Source: Macrostomum hystrix (lineage: Eukaryota; Animalia; Platyhelminthes). Taken from it: a stretch of 64,000 nt of DNA. The stretch lies in the NCBI GenBank assembly GCA_950097015.1, contig CATNEN010000038.1, positions 33,294,001-33,358,000 on the forward strand, given 5' to 3'. A program made the position numbers and the translations under genes. This document shows positions 60,564 through 64,000 of the stretch, piece by piece; within the stretch, counting starts at the first letter, position 1, and each line of letters begins with the position of its first letter. A model generated the notes under the pieces. It was not told where the DNA came from and ran no database searches. It saw only the letters and a list, made by a program, of their open reading frames with translations.

Positions 60564-63009
60564 TGTATAACTTGATTATTTTAAGCTAACTGGTTAATCT
60601 TTGTCTGCAATGTTAAACAATCATTCAGGTAAAATTATTAAAAAACTAAAGTTAAAAGCAATATAATATTTTATTTACAAAATTGAAACATATTTGGATT
60701 TTTTAGGGTCAAGAAACTGATTCACTAATTTTCTGAATACTAGGCCTAGGACATTAGGCCCTATGCATGTGGATTGCTAATTACTAATTATTTGTTAATT
60801 ACGAATTACTAATAGCTAATTGCTAATTATTTTAGCTACAAAGCAACAGAAAAAGGTTAGGCTAGGCCTATTATAGTTAAAAGAAATTAAAATCTTTCAA
60901 TTGGGGTGGCAGGCATCTAGCCATCTAGAAAGTATTTACTCCCTAGTGCACAGAAAAAAGGAAAGAACTAAAACATAAGTAAGCAATTGCTTGACTTGTA
61001 TCCAAGAACTGGCACCTACCAATAAAATACATTTTCAAAGGCACATTTAAAAGCCATGCTTAAAACTAAAGTTTTGGCACATATTTGAACTGAAACAGTA
61101 TAGGGCCTAATGATTTATTATAGACCTTATATAGGATCCCAAAAAGTTGTGGAATGGAAGTTACACTCAAACATGGTATAAAATACAAAGGAATAATTGC
61201 AGCTTAATAATCAAGCCCTTTAAGGCGCAAGCAAACAAAAAAGAGTGATCAATTTAAAGATAAGAGCTATATTAGATCATTGATTATAATGTAAGAGAGA
61301 CATGGAATGGAATAAGTCTAGGCCTACTCATTTTTAAATTAATCGATTTTTGTATTAAAAATAATAATAGATAGACCCTAGATAAGCCTATCCTTTATAA
61401 TAGCTAATATATCAACTACAGACCTAGACTGTAATCATTCTGTATTATGTACTCTACTAGCTATTCTTACTCTATCTTCTTCTGCTTGGACCGCTTGCTT
61501 TGCCGATGACGCACATTCCGGTCTAACCACCAATGATTCATTCACAAGTGAAACAAAATTCAAACATTTTTGCTTTTTACAGCATTCAAATTAAAAAATA
61601 GTTTACACAACGATTTTCTTATTTTATTCAAGACAGAAATTAAATGGTTTCATCTGAAATGCTTTGCTAACAGTTGTACTTTGTTTTTACCTTAAATCGC
61701 CGTATTTTTGGCGACTTTTTTTCAATATCTGGCAAGGTCTGATTGGCCGTAACTGAGCGAACAGGATAATCATTTGATATCTATAAACTGAAAGAATTTG
61801 TCCGTAACAAACTTGATGGGAGCTTTTTACTGTTCCTGTCATAAGTTCGTACAATAATAATAAATCAAATATCATTTCTAGCCTTTGATACGACATGATT
61901 TTACTATGCGAGCTCTTATCGCAATTTTATTTTTTAATCAAAACAAAATTTAGAGCAATTAAAACTATTTTGTGTGTGTGTGGTTTCTATTTTTGTCTTG
62001 GAATTTAAGGGTCCTTCTGATTGTCATAAATATTATATTATCAGGATTGGGCGTAAGGCAAAAGAGCCCCCCCTACGCGAATCCGCGAAGACCTTGTTTC
62101 CTGCATTGATCAGGACATGCAGGATTACAGATCCGTATTATCTGTAAGATAGACTTATAGCAGCCTTAAGTCTCTCTTTTCGACATAAATAATATAATCG
62201 TAGCTATCGAAGCCCTTCGATCACCGCGTTCTTTGTGTAAAACAATATACAGCTGTAACCGCGCAAGATGGTCGTTGACCAACCTACTCTGAGTAGTCCC
62301 AACCGTAAAACTCCCTGGCAGAAATTATTTGTGTTGACAACGGGACCTTGGCTAATCGAATTAAAACTCAGCTACCAACTCAGCTACCAACTCAGCTATC
62401 AAGGGCCCCGGTTTAATATGCTTTATTTTTTGTTTAATTGGCGTTGCTGCTAGAAGTGAACGCGGTCAATCCACGTAGAGGCAAATAAATCTATTTGCTC
62501 TGATTTAAAGCCTCTAAATGAATTATGAGCCATTTTAAAGCTTGGTGTATACTCGCATTAAACTCAAGTTGACATTAGTTCATCTCGCATGTTTGCCATC
62601 GTCAATAAAACATTTTAAACAGAGAGTTTATTTACACGACTGTTCGAGTGCATGAACTGAACTACTTTGTGACTCCTAATTATACAAAATACCTACTTTC
62701 TTGACTTCGTATACGGTAGTTTAATTGCCAAGTCTGTTTTCCGATTCGACATTTTCGAAGGGGTAAATATATGGTTATGTAGCTACACTAGTACGTTGTA
62801 CACTGAAATATAGAGAAGCCATTTTATCCCTGACCCAAGAATCATGTGAAAGCTCCCGATTCAGAAGATATATTTATCGAATATACTCGTATATGCATGA
62901 TGTAACAAGAAAAATAATTGATCGCATCTACCTCAATAGATCAATTAGGGCCAGATGTGTAGCCGACAGCACAGCCGCAGCTAGTGCGCGTCGCATCTGA
63001 AGGCTGCGT

Positions 63010-63214
63010 ACGGCTGTTCAGTCCATGTGTTCAGGGTAGACGCCGCTCGATCCCTCCTTCAATTACCCCACCTAACGCTGGTAACCCTTGTGAACAGCTT
63101 GGTGAACTGAAGCAATGGTCAAATGTCTTGCATAAACACCAAAAATTCTTCTAGTGAAATCCGAATCGAAAGCCCGACCTTAAAGTCGTGAGTCCAACGC
63201 TCTAACCACTAGAC
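63010..63214 (-). mobile_element. tRNA-derived SINE family B
   Basis: Shares cggctgttcagtccatg tail and gtgaactgaagcaatg core with the 47270 copy; head cccgacctt...gctctaaccactag. Confidence 0.65.
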
Positions 63215-64000
63215 AACAAGCAGTTTTATGTTTATAGAATTATTTCTAGAAAATGCTAGGGAAATGCTATAGTGTGAGAGGTGTGGAGCTAGATGTTACT
63301 TTAGTACTTTAAGTATGACGCACCACTCTTATACTATACCAGGCATGCATTTACAGCAGAGACAAGAGCGGCCTTTTAGCAGGTCGAAGAAGCATAGAAC
63401 TGCAAAAAATTAATTATAGCAAACACGGCTGACGTCACGATTCGCTGCGGTCGTATCGGTATTAAACGTTTCTCCAGCACATACCCCCAGAGTTCTGAGT
63501 TTATGAACAGAAGCTGCAAGTCTTCATCAAGTAGAGAGAATAACGAGCTTTAATATAGGACCCCCTCATTAACCATGCTCTCACAATGGAAGCGGTTCTT
63601 TACCAGTTAGATGCATATTGGTCCTAACTTTGCACTCATACAGCGGTGGGTTGGACGAAAAGGCCAAGAAATGGCATATAAAATAGGCATATATTATGCA
63701 CACGCATAAGCCCTAGTCCAGCTCTTGTCCTTTTTTCTACTAAAATAGTTCCACGTGAAGCAGCCGCCCAGTTTACTAGGCTTAACTTCTCTCGCGGCAG
63801 AGAAGGACAACGAGTGGACGACGAAGAGAAAATTATAGAGGACCAGTAAAGTGTCTGGCAGGAGAGAGGAGCTAGATAGGCTGACAGAAATTTAATAAAA
63901 AAGGTTCTCGCGATCTCCGTTGTTTCTACACTTTCAAAAGTATGAAATAGCAGACTAGCTGACTTAGTACAAGGCCGCGAGTTTGCATCAAAACAGCGCC

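Overview
Eukaryotic (metazoan) genomic DNA with GT-AG introns, most likely a Macrostomum-like free-living flatworm. That assignment is inferred from a flatworm spliced-leader-like sequence, polyQ/polyA-rich CDSs and extreme minisatellite content. Reconstructed genes: a secreted uncharacterised protein (+), RNASEH2A (+), an intronless Musashi/DAZAP1-like two-RRM gene (+), a same-strand run SH3BP5-like > TMEM201 > POLH > RILPL-like > orexin/allatotropin-type GPCR (+), and EB1/MAPRE (-). Mobile DNA: a decayed RNase H-bearing LINE, an LTR with tRNA-Lys PBS and a gag-like stub, a Tc1/IS630-type transposon with ~129-bp TIRs, a Crypton tyrosine-recombinase relic, two MITEs with 8-bp TSDs and two tRNA-derived SINE families. 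Most introns and spacers in the right half carry their own minisatellite. Highlights: (1) the LTR contains a near-exact spliced-leader (SL) exon mimic; (2) an orphan histone 3' stem-loop with a purine-rich downstream element lies in a small TG..CA island with no histone CDS; (3) CpG decay is confined to ~2-3.5 kb domains at gene 5' ends; (4) a candidate trans-spliced operon.
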